Part shown: in pieces, positions 16,042 to 25,634 of the stretch
Position numbering within the stretch: the first letter of the stretch is position 1
Layout: each line of letters starts with the position of its first letter
DNA from: a virus
Taxonomy: Duplodnaviria; Caudoviricetes
Strand: one strand, 5' to 3'
Length of the DNA stretch: 34,199 nucleotides
Virus record (IMG/VR): IMGVR_UViG_3300013118_000245
Span: 1-34,199 of that record
Position numbers and translations under genes: made by a program
Notes under the pieces: model-generated
What the model was told of the DNA's origin: nothing
Databases searched by the model: none
What the model saw: the letters and a program-made list of their open reading frames with translations, nothing else

Positions 16042-17988
16042 ATGGGACGCAAGAAGAAATTTGGCACACACGCTATCGGCGGATTAAACACGCGGGTTGT
16101 CCCGCATGCGATTGATGATCACGAGCTACAGGAGTGTGTGAACGCCTCTTTTGACCGCGCTGGGGCGGCCGCTCCGCTTGGCGAGGACACAGAGCTATAC
16201 GGCGGGTCCGGCTATGCCGGAGTCCAGATTAAGGCACTACAGCTTGCCGGAGTAGAGCATCTGTATTGGCTGAGTGATACAGATATCTATGAAGATGATT
16301 CCGTCATCGGCGGCGGTGCTTCTGTCGCTAGGCCGATTATCGGAGATGGGGAGCGGATCTACTTCTTGGACGGGTCATCTAGCCAGGTATATGATGGAAC
16401 GTATATGCGCGACCTCGGCGGGCCAGGGGGAGTGGTTGAGGCGGATAATCGCGCCTATGCCCTTATGAACGATGCCGAAACGTCTATCAGCGCAGCGTCT
16501 AACGGCACAGACATCCAAATAACAGCCGCACTAACACATTATTTGTATGTTGGCGGCAGGATAATCTTTCGGGACATGGTCGGGGGGACGTGGGATACTC
16601 TGGACGATACAGTACATGTCGTCAAGTCAATCGTGTCCGACACGGTGTTTACAATTGAAGCCGATGGCTCAGGTCTTGGTACATTCACGTCTGGCAAGTT
16701 CCAGGCAAGTAGCGGGACAAGCGGCAGCTATCAATATGCAGCTGCAACTGCTGTCGTGTTCCCGGATGGCCGTGAGACCGAGAGCGATCTTGTCAAGATG
16801 TGGAATTGGGACGCTGGGGACGAGTATGTGTCCTTCAAGAACCCGCTGGAAGTTTCTGCGACAGACAATGTTCAGCTATACGTGAGGATGGATGGAGACC
16901 AGACAACGGGATATATCTCACCAACAACCAGCATAGAGGTCAAGCTGCGGATTTATCGCACAAAGGCGGGTGGTGCTTCTTACTACCTCCTAAAAGAGTG
17001 GGATGACAGTGAGCTTGATGGAGACCGGGCCATCCGCTTTCAAGATGGGGCATATGACACTGACCTTGGCGCGGTGTGGACATATGATGACGATGCGCAC
17101 GGAGCGCCCCCTGCTGCGACATTGGGCTGTATCGTCCAACAGCGGATGTTTCTTGCAGGTGTCTCTGGGTCTGAGACGAATTTGTACTTCTCCCGCATTT
17201 CTGGCTATGACTACTATAAGCCTACGGACTATGTGGATGTTGAAGCTCGGATATCAGCCCTTGCCCCTCTCGCTGACAGGGTGGTTGTATTTACAGCCGA
17301 TAGAATTGGTACGTATTCTCCGATAGATGAGATTGGACAGTTTCAGTGGTCGTTGTCTCCCGTAGGAACGGAATATGAGGATAGTGTTGTAGTAACTGAG
17401 GAGGGCGTCTTATTTGCCCGCGATGATGGTCTGTGGCTGTTTGACGGCGTGACCTCTAGGTGCTTGACTGAGGATATTGCTGATGAGTGGGATGCGCTGA
17501 GCGGCGGGCCGTGGACTGTCGCCCGCACGCTGGATACCGTGTACTGCGGGACTTCAGGCGGGGCTCTTTCGGCGTCTATTGTTAAAGGCCAGTGGATGTG
17601 GACAACTCTTTCTGGGAGTTATTCATATCATGTGTGCTCGTCTGTTGATGGGACTGCACTGTACGGTCTTATTGAAAATAACGGCGAATATGGCATCGGG
17701 CCGGTGTCGGTCTTCGCTGGCTCTAATAGGACGATGACGATTCGCACAAAGGACTGGGGCGGGTGGAAGATTTGGGAGGGGCTACAGCTAGATCTAAACG
17801 CTACGGGCCAAGACTTCGTTGCTACGGTGTATACGAGCGATGGGGACTCGCAGGCAATCTCGTTTGACGGGTCTGCGACGAGGGGGAGATACAGGCAGAT
17901 GCTTCCCCGGGATTTGCGCGGGGAATATCACAGTGTCAAGATCGTGGGCGATGTCACCGCGTATGGTGTGGAGCTGATGCTGTCATGA
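16042..17988 (+). CDS. Tail nozzle / stabilisation protein (P22 gp10 / T7 gp12-like)
   Basis: GGLNTR...ELQECVNA start, RMFLAG...NLYFS and DGLWLFDG beta-propeller-type motifs; position in the operon. Confidence 0.75.
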   Translation: MGRKKKFGTHAIGGLNTRVVPHAIDDHELQECVNASFDRAGAAAPLGEDTELYGGSGYAGVQIKALQLAGVEHLYWLSDTDIYEDDSVIGGGASVARPIIGDGERIYFLDGSSSQVYDGTYMRDLGGPGGVVEADNRAYALMNDAETSISAASNGTDIQITAALTHYLYVGGRIIFRDMVGGTWDTLDDTVHVVKSIVSDTVFTIEADGSGLGTFTSGKFQASSGTSGSYQYAAATAVVFPDGRETESDLVKMWNWDAGDEYVSFKNPLEVSATDNVQLYVRMDGDQTTGYISPTTSIEVKLRIYRTKAGGASYYLLKEWDDSELDGDRAIRFQDGAYDTDLGAVWTYDDDAHGAPPAATLGCIVQQRMFLAGVSGSETNLYFSRISGYDYYKPTDYVDVEARISALAPLADRVVVFTADRIGTYSPIDEIGQFQWSLSPVGTEYEDSVVVTEEGVLFARDDGLWLFDGVTSRCLTEDIADEWDALSGGPWTVARTLDTVYCGTSGGALSASIVKGQWMWTTLSGSYSYHVCSSVDGTALYGLIENNGEYGIGPVSVFAGSNRTMTIRTKDWGGWKIWEGLQLDLNATGQDFVATVYTSDGDSQAISFDGSATRGRYRQMLPRDLRGEYHSVKIVGDVTAYGVELMLS

Positions 17989-18722
17989 GAACGCCGCGCG
18001 TGGCATTTACCAAAGAAGGATTGCAGGCGGGACTTGATGTCCTGGCCAAGCACATCACAAAGCTGGAGGAGAAGAAGGACCAGGACGCGAAGGCATATCT
18101 TGAGGGAAGTGGGCTTGACGAATTGAGGGTGGGGGGAGAGTCCGATTATACTCAGTTTGCCCGCAACGGGGTGCCGCGCATGCATGGAGACGCGACGGTA
18201 TGGAACGATCTTCGTTTCGCTGCGACAACTCTAAATAAGAGGGGCGTAAACGACCCTGACTTTGTGCAGTTCAAAGACGACGGCGCGGGGTCAACGGGCG
18301 TGTATGCATATGCATTTGATGACACGGCAGAAGAAGAGTTGTTCTTCGCCGCACAGTTATCTCATGCATGGAAAGAGGGCAGCGACCTCCACGTCCATTG
18401 CCACTGGTCCCCCGCTACGACGAATTCAGGAAATGTTGTGTGGGCCATGGAATATACATGGGCCAATATCGATGATACGTTCGGTGATACGTCTACAGTA
18501 TCGGCTGTTATTGCGAGTGGCGGGGTTGTTGGCAAGCAGCAGATCGGAGAACTCGGCATTTTGAGTGATCGCGACAAGCGCATGTCATCTATGCTTGTGT
18601 GTCGGTTTTATCGCGACTCAACGTCGGCCAGCGACACGCTTGTTGGTGACGTTAATCTGCTAGAGGTCGATTTTCACATGGAGCTTGATGCTACTGGCTC
18701 CAACCGCGAGTACGAGAAGTAG
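17985..18722 (+). CDS. Virion-associated hypothetical protein
   Basis: ATGA-coupled; beta-rich domain (QLSHAWKEGSDLHVHCHW, GNVVWAMEY) of a type seen in phage tail regions. Confidence 0.6.
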   Translation: MRTPRVAFTKEGLQAGLDVLAKHITKLEEKKDQDAKAYLEGSGLDELRVGGESDYTQFARNGVPRMHGDATVWNDLRFAATTLNKRGVNDPDFVQFKDDGAGSTGVYAYAFDDTAEEELFFAAQLSHAWKEGSDLHVHCHWSPATTNSGNVVWAMEYTWANIDDTFGDTSTVSAVIASGGVVGKQQIGELGILSDRDKRMSSMLVCRFYRDSTSASDTLVGDVNLLEVDFHMELDATGSNREYEK

Positions 18723-18731
18723 GAGATAGAG

Positions 18732-19214
18732 ATGCCTTACAGAAGCGATCAGGATGTAGGTCTTACGCCGTTCGGGTTTACCCAGCAGCGGCAGTGGGGC
18801 GACGCCTCTATGCATGGCAATAAGTCTGTGCAGTTCAACCAGATGCAAGCCCTGAATCCACTTCAGGTTGCCCTACAGAACTCCATGATCAATCGCTACA
18901 TGGGCGGAGGCGGTGAGTTCGGCTTTGGCGGGGCGGCGAAACAGGCGCAAGCAACACTCGGTCAGGGTCTTGCCCGCAGGGGAATTTCCCCCGACTCTGG
19001 TGTGGCTCAGAGTGCCATGGGGTCCATGCTATCTCAGGCGCTCCAGGGCGACGTGCAGAACCGCAGGAACTACGGGCTGAACCTGATGTCTCAGGGGCCG
19101 CAGTATTTCTCGGCACTCCAGCGCACACTTGGCAAGCAGAAGGGGCCGGGCTTTGCTGACCATCTTGGCGGCGTTATCGGCGGGTCGTTGCCCTACTTGT
19201 TCGGCAAGGAGTAG
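18732..19214 (+). CDS. Putative DNA ejection/pilot protein (small)
   Basis: Gly/Gln/Ala-rich; LARRGISPDSG motif; AGGAG RBS. Confidence 0.55.
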   Translation: MPYRSDQDVGLTPFGFTQQRQWGDASMHGNKSVQFNQMQALNPLQVALQNSMINRYMGGGGEFGFGGAAKQAQATLGQGLARRGISPDSGVAQSAMGSMLSQALQGDVQNRRNYGLNLMSQGPQYFSALQRTLGKQKGPGFADHLGGVIGGSLPYLFGKE

Positions 19215-19223
19215 GAGAATATA

Positions 19224-20150
19224 ATGGGATTCGGTGAAGGATTCGCACGCGGCATGAGTCAAAGCCTGCCGAACGTCTTGCAGTCTATCATGCAGCGCAA
19301 TCAGCAGCGGGGACTTATCCAGGACCGCCTTCAGGCGCAGCAAGACCTTGTAGACTATAAGGACACCACCGCGCAGGGCGCAGAGTTCCGCAGAATGCAG
19401 GCGATTATGGAGGAAGAAGAGCGGGCGAAGCTTGCAGAGATCGCAGCCCGCACAAGTACCCCATACTTGGGATATATGTATAATGGCGAGTATACTCCTG
19501 GTGCTGAGGGCGGAGCCCCAGAGGGCGCGCAGAGCATCTACGCCGCCGATCTTCCCCCCAGCGGTCTTGCTGATATAATCTCTCGGGCAAGCGGTGACGC
19601 TAGCCAGACGATTCCTGTTGAGATAGGCGGAGAGCTATATGATCTCTCGCCGCAGGAGGCGGCCGCCTTGGGTTACCGGCCACTGTCCCCAGAGGACGAG
19701 CCGAAGACACCGCCCCTGCGCGACCCCGGATTGGCGGCGATGACCGAATCTGACTACTGGCGCAGGAACTTGTTGGAAATGGGATACCCGCTGTCTGTTA
19801 ATTACGGGAAAAGTTCTTATGATTTCGCGTACCCAAAGGCGTTCGATAGATTTACTGCACTTGCTGACTCAATGCCACTGGACGCGGCGCTTAAGGCCAC
19901 GATTGCTGAGGGCCTTGGAGATCCGATATCCCCAGGCGGCATTGGCGGCGAAGGTCTGGAATCTATTTATGCTGACGGCGGCGTGCTGAAGCGCAAGAAG
20001 ACAAGTTGGACCCGATTCCTTGGCCTGGAGCCCGACGAAGAGGTGACAGAGGGCGAGGCCGTTAAGCTGCTAGTGGATAGCGGCGTTCCGGAGGTGCTTG
20101 CGAGGGCCTATGTCAAGCAGCTTGGAGAAGCCGATGAACTCGGATACTAA
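19224..20150 (+). CDS. Putative DNA ejection protein (middle)
   Basis: MGFGEGFARG start, Gln-rich helical N-terminus, position after the pilot protein. Confidence 0.55.
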   Translation: MGFGEGFARGMSQSLPNVLQSIMQRNQQRGLIQDRLQAQQDLVDYKDTTAQGAEFRRMQAIMEEEERAKLAEIAARTSTPYLGYMYNGEYTPGAEGGAPEGAQSIYAADLPPSGLADIISRASGDASQTIPVEIGGELYDLSPQEAAALGYRPLSPEDEPKTPPLRDPGLAAMTESDYWRRNLLEMGYPLSVNYGKSSYDFAYPKAFDRFTALADSMPLDAALKATIAEGLGDPISPGGIGGEGLESIYADGGVLKRKKTSWTRFLGLEPDEEVTEGEAVKLLVDSGVPEVLARAYVKQLGEADELGY

Positions 20151-23100
20151 GTTCCCGCCGGTCCCTTATGCTGTCCCCACTATCGGAGCCGATGATCCGA
20201 TGTATGGTGGTGGCGGCCTGTCTGCCGATGAGCGCCGAGGCTTTCTTAAGGACGTAGAGGGCGGCAAGGCCGTATGGCTGCATGATCTTATGCAGAGGGC
20301 GCAGGCCAAGGGCGTAGACTGGACTCCAGAAGAAGCGGCGCGGGCAAGGGGCATACTGTCTAAGCGCGGAGTAGAGATATACGACGATGTTAACGACCCC
20401 GACATGTTTGAAGCTCGCATGGAGGGTGCCGGTGTAGAGAAGACCGCTGTTGACCGTGTTATCGACAAGTTCGCTGAATCGGCAACGATGGGCGCGTTCG
20501 TCCCGTCTGGCCAATACGAAGCCGAGGGGCTTAAGGTTCCACTTCCGCTTCTGCCAGATTTAGATGTAGGCAGGGCGCTCGACGTTGGCGGGTCTGTTGC
20601 TGGCATGTCTATCCCAGTCGGGGGCATTGCTCGGGCATTGTCTAAGGCTGGCCAGCTTGCTCACCCGCTGGCCTTCGGGGCCTATGAGGCGGGCATGGCT
20701 GAGGGCGGCTTCAAAGATCGCGGTAAAGCAGGGCTGCACGGCCTTGGCCTTGGGCTCGGTCTTGCGGCGGCCCCCACGGGTGCCGTTACCCTCGCGTCTA
20801 GGCTCGGCGGGGCGGCTAAGGGCGCTGGCCTAGCAAAAGCACTCGCGTCCCCTGTCGGGCAAACTGCTACTGCTGGCGCGACACTCGCCGGGCTAGAGGC
20901 CGCGCATGGTGGCGACCCGATGGCTGGCGGAGTCGGCGGTATGCTTGCGTCTATGCTTACTCGCGGTCTTGTCCCTCGTGTTCGCGCTCCGGAAGTCACG
21001 GCCGAGGCCGTCGCCACAGAAGCTCCCCGCAGGCCGCTCTCAAAGTTGGTAGAGGCAGAGGCAAGGTTCGAGCCGGAGCCGACACAGCGCAATGCTATAA
21101 TCGACGCGAAGCGCGATGCTGTAGACGTTGTTATGGAAATGCCGATGGGTGAGCGCGTGGCCCCGGGGAGGCGTGATCTTCCAAAAGAATTTGATGCTAA
21201 GTTGGCAGAGGCAAATAAACTGATGTCTGAAATTGATCCGACATTTGAGCCAGTTACTATTGAGCGTCTGCCGAAGACAAAGGCCGAGGCATTGGAGCGC
21301 GGCAAAACCCTCAGTGAGCGAATCGCTGAACTCAAGGTAGAAAAGGCGGAGGACGCCGAGTATGAATTCCGCAAGAATGCGAGAGAGCAGGAAGATTTAG
21401 CTGCGCGGGACGAGGCTCTATCGCCTGGCGCCCTTGCGCCTGATGCCGCCAGGGAGCAACGCATGGCAAAGTCCCTTGCTGGCAGACAGCGGCAAAAGAA
21501 GATGGATGACATCTCTCATGTTATGCCATCAGAGCGGCTAACGCGCAGGAAGACTGACAATCAGCTTTACGAGGCTACGCTAAATCATGATGCAATGAAG
21601 GAGATGATGGCGTCGGGGCCTACGTTTGAAGAAATCATGGCCGGGCGCAAGCGCGTACTAAGCAAACTCCGGGCGCTGGATGAGTCTACGAATAACGATG
21701 TAACGCTAGGGTCGGGCCTCGGGGGGATTACTGGCCGGGACTATGCTGCCGTAAGGGACGGGGCGAAAGCGCGGGCGAAAGCGCGGGCGAGAGACATCGC
21801 GCTTAAGGCCACTGGCGGGGATCTGCAATTCGCCCCCAAGAGGGCAGCTACAGGTAATGCACTGGATCTTGGGTCGGTGCGATATTCGAGGTCTACAAAT
21901 ATCGCTGATTTCGCAGAAGCTATCAAGCGGGGGATGCCCGTTACAGCAGATTTTACTGAGGGCCTCAAAGACATAACGGACTTCTCCGGCAAGGGCGAGT
22001 ATTTGGCGTCAGGGCGGACGGGGCTGTTGCAAAAGGCCAGTGGCGGCAGGCTCGGCGGCTCTACAGAGAAGCATATACTTTGGCCGCTTAGGGCATTAGA
22101 CGATGCGCGAATTGTCTGGTCACATCAGCAAAAGGCTAAAATCTCAGACTGGATGGATAAGCACGGCGTGAGGCGCGGGCGCAAGAGAGCAAAAGAAATT
22201 TCAGACATGATGGAAGATCCGGCGATGCGCGGGGAGCCTGTTGTGGTTGAGCTTCGTGAAATCTTTGATAATATGCGGAAAGAGGTCAACACGGTCCGCG
22301 TGGCTATGGGGAAGAAGCCGATCAAATACCGTGAAGACTATATCCCCCATATCGAGCATGTGAACCGCCTGGCTGAGATGTTTAAGGATGGGGCCGCACA
22401 GCATGGCGAGACTCCTGACTTCATTAGGAACCCAAGCGCCTCTAATCCGCGTGCGCTACAGAGATATGGGCGCACAAAGAACCCCGAGAGGGATATAGTC
22501 AAACTGCTAGATAACTACATAAACGTATCTACTAGAGATATATTTAACAGCGCGGCCATCACGCATCTAAGAAATCACTCGCGGGTGATGCGCAAAGAGG
22601 GGCTGTCCGGGGCCGCCGCTGGGGTCGAGAAGATGACAGATGTTCTGTATTCCGGCCGCCCCCCGTCTATCGCCGGTGTCGGGAATGCCTTTGCTCATAG
22701 GGTCCCTGGGCTGGGTGCCGTGCGCAAGGGCGTACACGGCGTGAAGGCCCGTCTCAATAAGGCTGTGTTTACCATGAACCCAGTATGGTCTGCGTTTGTG
22801 CAGCCGCTTTCGACAGCCTTGACATATATGAGAACCGGAGAGGTAAATTATGCCAAAGGGCGCAAACTGGCCCTCGATCCGAACTTCAGGGCCTGGGCCG
22901 ACCAACATATATATTCAATCAGGATGAAGGGGCGCAAGTACGGCTCAGTCCGGCGGCAGGAAACCGGCGATGCTGACGCCACGCTGTCCACAGACTTGAT
23001 GTCGCGGACAAAGATCGGGGCAAAGGCTGCTAATGCTGCAGAGTATATGACAGTGGCCATAGAGCGCGATCTTTCCATGCACGCGGCGGCGTCACATTGG

Positions 23101-23880
23101 CATCTCGGCAAGTCGCGGGGATTGCGCGGGAGAGAGTTAATTGAATTCGTATCTGATGGTGTAGCTAAAACGCAGTCTATGTACAATTTCGCGGATATGC
23201 CCGGCTTGCTACAGGAGCGCGATCTGACATCTACGATCTTGCCATTTAGTACCTATGCGTTTGAGTTAATGAACCAAGTGCGCGAGATGAACATTCCGGT
23301 TCTCCGTAAAGTTACCGGCAGAACCGGGCATTACGAGAGGGTGCGTGCGGGATCTCCGGAGGGCCAAGCGATTATTGATAGCCGCTTTAAGCGCATAGCA
23401 AGGTGGACGGCCGCTGTAGTGGCTCAACAGGCATATCTCGACGCAATGGGCGTCAACAAGGACATAACAAACCCCGGCACGGGCATACCGTTTTACTCGT
23501 TCCTAATGGACTTCGGGCGGGGCGGGCATGTACTCCCCAAGCAGGTTGTGTCAGAGTTCACAAGTGCCGTCGGCAAGGTAATCGAATACGGCGACTTCAA
23601 GCCGCTTCGCAAGTTCATGATGCGTTATTTTGTGGCTGGCGGCGTCCAGATGAACCGGATGCTGACTGGGGCTGAGGCTGTTGCGGCGGGCGGCGAGTTC
23701 GATGTCAGGGGCCGCAAGAAGTTCGACGTTAAAGAGGACGAGGCGTTCAGGGCAATGTTCTTTGGCCCCTACGGAACAGAGGGCGGCCGCGAATATATCG
23801 AGAAACTAAACGGCAAGAAAAAGCCAGCGCCGGTGACGCGCGGATCAAGCCGTGGCCGAAGACAGCGCGGGGGAAGATAA
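20134..23880 (+). CDS. Large internal virion/ejection protein
   Basis: ~1250 aa; Gly/Ala-rich hydrophobic segment and helical body; last gene before lysis, as in podoviruses; GGAGA RBS before ATG 20134. Confidence 0.65.
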   Translation: MNSDTKFPPVPYAVPTIGADDPMYGGGGLSADERRGFLKDVEGGKAVWLHDLMQRAQAKGVDWTPEEAARARGILSKRGVEIYDDVNDPDMFEARMEGAGVEKTAVDRVIDKFAESATMGAFVPSGQYEAEGLKVPLPLLPDLDVGRALDVGGSVAGMSIPVGGIARALSKAGQLAHPLAFGAYEAGMAEGGFKDRGKAGLHGLGLGLGLAAAPTGAVTLASRLGGAAKGAGLAKALASPVGQTATAGATLAGLEAAHGGDPMAGGVGGMLASMLTRGLVPRVRAPEVTAEAVATEAPRRPLSKLVEAEARFEPEPTQRNAIIDAKRDAVDVVMEMPMGERVAPGRRDLPKEFDAKLAEANKLMSEIDPTFEPVTIERLPKTKAEALERGKTLSERIAELKVEKAEDAEYEFRKNAREQEDLAARDEALSPGALAPDAAREQRMAKSLAGRQRQKKMDDISHVMPSERLTRRKTDNQLYEATLNHDAMKEMMASGPTFEEIMAGRKRVLSKLRALDESTNNDVTLGSGLGGITGRDYAAVRDGAKARAKARARDIALKATGGDLQFAPKRAATGNALDLGSVRYSRSTNIADFAEAIKRGMPVTADFTEGLKDITDFSGKGEYLASGRTGLLQKASGGRLGGSTEKHILWPLRALDDARIVWSHQQKAKISDWMDKHGVRRGRKRAKEISDMMEDPAMRGEPVVVELREIFDNMRKEVNTVRVAMGKKPIKYREDYIPHIEHVNRLAEMFKDGAAQHGETPDFIRNPSASNPRALQRYGRTKNPERDIVKLLDNYINVSTRDIFNSAAITHLRNHSRVMRKEGLSGAAAGVEKMTDVLYSGRPPSIAGVGNAFAHRVPGLGAVRKGVHGVKARLNKAVFTMNPVWSAFVQPLSTALTYMRTGEVNYAKGRKLALDPNFRAWADQHIYSIRMKGRKYGSVRRQETGDADATLSTDLMSRTKIGAKAANAAEYMTVAIERDLSMHAAASHWHLGKSRGLRGRELIEFVSDGVAKTQSMYNFADMPGLLQERDLTSTILPFSTYAFELMNQVREMNIPVLRKVTGRTGHYERVRAGSPEGQAIIDSRFKRIARWTAAVVAQQAYLDAMGVNKDITNPGTGIPFYSFLMDFGRGGHVLPKQVVSEFTSAVGKVIEYGDFKPLRKFMMRYFVAGGVQMNRMLTGAEAVAAGGEFDVRGRKKFDVKEDEAFRAMFFGPYGTEGGREYIEKLNGKKKPAPVTRGSSRGRRQRGGR

Positions 23881-23881
23881 T

Positions 23882-24178
23882 ATGGATTGGGCTGGAGTAG
23901 GCGCAGGTATAGCGGCGTTCTTGATCGCCATGCAGGGGATCGCGGATCGCAGGCACCGAGCGAAGCCAGAGCATCATTGCCCCATCACGCGGGAGGAAAT
24001 GCTTTCGCTCATGAACCGGCTTGAGCGGATATGGGAGGTCGTCGGCCAGAAGGAAGGCGAGTTCTACCTGTCCCATTTCCCGCGGCAATTCATCACATCC
24101 CAGCACGCCGGGCAGGATGGAAAACTCAACTCGATAGATGGCAAGTGTAACAACATACTCAACGAGGTCAAACGATGA
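23882..24178 (+). CDS. Single-TM lysis-region protein (holin or antiholin-like)
   Basis: N-terminal hydrophobic WAGVGAGIAAFLIAM followed by a soluble region; first gene of the lysis cassette. Confidence 0.5.
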   Translation: MDWAGVGAGIAAFLIAMQGIADRRHRAKPEHHCPITREEMLSLMNRLERIWEVVGQKEGEFYLSHFPRQFITSQHAGQDGKLNSIDGKCNNILNEVKR

Positions 24179-24267
24179 GCGGTCTACTGGACTTTATCCA
24201 CCGGCACGCGATTGCAAAGATAATCGGGGCGTCCCTACTGGCTATCATCGCCATGTCGCGGCTGTGA
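24175..24267 (+). CDS. 30-aa hydrophobic micro-ORF (MSGLLDFIHRHAIAKIIGASLLAIIAMSRL)
   Basis: GAGGT RBS; ATGA overlap with the upstream gene and GTGA overlap with the endolysin start. Confidence 0.55.
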   Translation: MSGLLDFIHRHAIAKIIGASLLAIIAMSRL

Positions 24268-24659
24268 CGTTCTTCACCGAGGATGAGTTGCGCTGCCGGT
24301 GCGGATGCGGGCTGACCGAGATGGACCCCGGCTTTATGGCCCTGCTAGTACGGCTCAGGATGGACGTAGGGATACCGTTTCCCGTCACGAGTGCTATCAG
24401 ATGCGCGGCCCATGATCGTCGCGTCTCGACGGCCGTAAGGGCTGGTGAGGGCGCGCATACTTTTGGGCGTGCCGTAGACATCTCGGCGGCGGGGATGGCG
24501 GCCGCCGAGAAACATGAGATTGTGGCCAAGGCTACGGATCTTGGGTTCGGCGGTGTCGGCGTGAGATTGCACGGGCGGGCAGGCATGCAGATGATCCACC
24601 TCGACAACATGCGGGTGTGGGACGGATTTCCCCGTCCCGCGTTTTGGACATATGCGTAA
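24264..24659 (+). CDS. Endolysin, peptidase M15A family
   Basis: FTEDELRCRCGCG, VTSAIRC, AHTFGRAVDI, IHLD zinc-peptidase motifs. Confidence 0.88.
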   Translation: MTFFTEDELRCRCGCGLTEMDPGFMALLVRLRMDVGIPFPVTSAIRCAAHDRRVSTAVRAGEGAHTFGRAVDISAAGMAAAEKHEIVAKATDLGFGGVGVRLHGRAGMQMIHLDNMRVWDGFPRPAFWTYA

Positions 24660-24683
24660 GGATTAACGCAAGGAGCGTAAGAC

Positions 24684-24878
24684 ATGCGAGAATACTTTAG
24701 TCAAACTCAGCGCAAGTGGTTATCTTGTATCTTCGGCTCCCTTCTGGGATTCGTCGGGATGATACTGGGCAAGATGACCGGGGCAGAATTCGTACAGCTT
24801 TTAGTCGTACTGGTGCCGGGATTCTACATTTTGAACGTGGCTGAAAAGAACGTGAAAATCAATGTGGGAGACAGCTAA
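24684..24878 (+). CDS. Holin (2 TM)
   Basis: 64 aa, two hydrophobic helices, RK before TM1, AAGGAG RBS, follows the endolysin. Confidence 0.65.
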   Translation: MREYFSQTQRKWLSCIFGSLLGFVGMILGKMTGAEFVQLLVVLVPGFYILNVAEKNVKINVGDS

Positions 24879-25089
24879 ATCTCTACTGCGGGAGTTCTGG
24901 TGGATCATCGCGGCCATCGTGTCGCTAGGCGTCTACCGGGACCGGAGCAGGCGGGAGACTGAGCTTCGGGGGGAGGTGACTGACGCCCGTGAAGACGCCG
25001 ACCTGGAGCGAGCGCGGACTGATTCTAGCCTCCGTGCTAATCGTCCTTGGCTGGATCGCTTGCGCGACGCCATGCGCCGGACAAAATAG
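24862..25089 (+). CDS. Rz-like (i-spanin-like) protein
   Basis: N-terminal TM (FWWIIAAIVSLGVY) then a charged helical region. Confidence 0.5.
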   Translation: MWETAKSLLREFWWIIAAIVSLGVYRDRSRRETELRGEVTDAREDADLERARTDSSLRANRPWLDRLRDAMRRTK

Positions 25090-25351
25090 CACGCACTTGC
25101 CAACAAGTGATTACCTTTTGATCGACTGCCTAGACGGTGACTGCGGGGCGATCATCAAGGATCTTGTAGTCCAGTCCGAAGCCGACTCATTGGCTATTCG
25201 CGAATTGGAAATAAAGCTATTCTGGGCTAATGAGCGTGTCGAAATAGCTAACAGTCTGCGCCCCAACTGGCTAGAGCGATTCATCGGCAAGTACGGCTTT
25301 GCCATCGGCATGGGGCTTGGCGTGTGGGTCGGGGCGGAGGCGGTGAACTGA
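24989..25351 (+). CDS. Spanin-like protein overlapping the Rz-like gene
   Basis: N-terminal signal with Cys (LIVLGWIAC), coiled coil, C-terminal hydrophobic YGFAIGMGLGVWVGA. Confidence 0.5.
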   Translation: MKTPTWSERGLILASVLIVLGWIACATPCAGQNSTHLPTSDYLLIDCLDGDCGAIIKDLVVQSEADSLAIRELEIKLFWANERVEIANSLRPNWLERFIGKYGFAIGMGLGVWVGAEAVN

Positions 25352-25600
25352 TTGGTATAGCACCATGCGCGGTAGAGTTGCTGAAAGTGAGGGGAATAAC
25401 TTGCCGCCCGTGACCTATTATGTGGCGAATGTGGCTACAATGTGGCGCACGTGGCGTGTTATGACCACCGAAAGTAACGATAACCGTGACGTTTGGCAAG
25501 CGAAAGGCGACTGGGCATGATTAACTTAGTTGGCCGGAAAAGGCTAAACTTATCGAAGTTGGCCTATACGGGTAAACTAATTGTATTGATTATGCTCTAT
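25352..25600. repeat. Intergenic mosaic of short direct and inverted repeats
   Basis: 4x A(T/C)GTGGC at ~10 bp spacing; 2x AGTTGGCC-N-GG(C/G)TAAACT; TGGT-N5-ACCA; GTAACG-N5-CGTGAC. Confidence 0.55.
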
Positions 25601-25634
25601 AGTTCCGTCGCGGAGGCAGCGGACGTCATATTTG

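Noticed and set aside
20134-23880. Virion RNA polymerase or lytic transglycosylase domain in the large protein
   Set aside because: No catalytic motif recognised by eye
25490-25560. c-di-GMP riboswitch suggested by GGCAAGCGAAAGGC
   Set aside because: P1/P2 pairing and the GCAAA motif could not be built, and there is no downstream plus-strand gene
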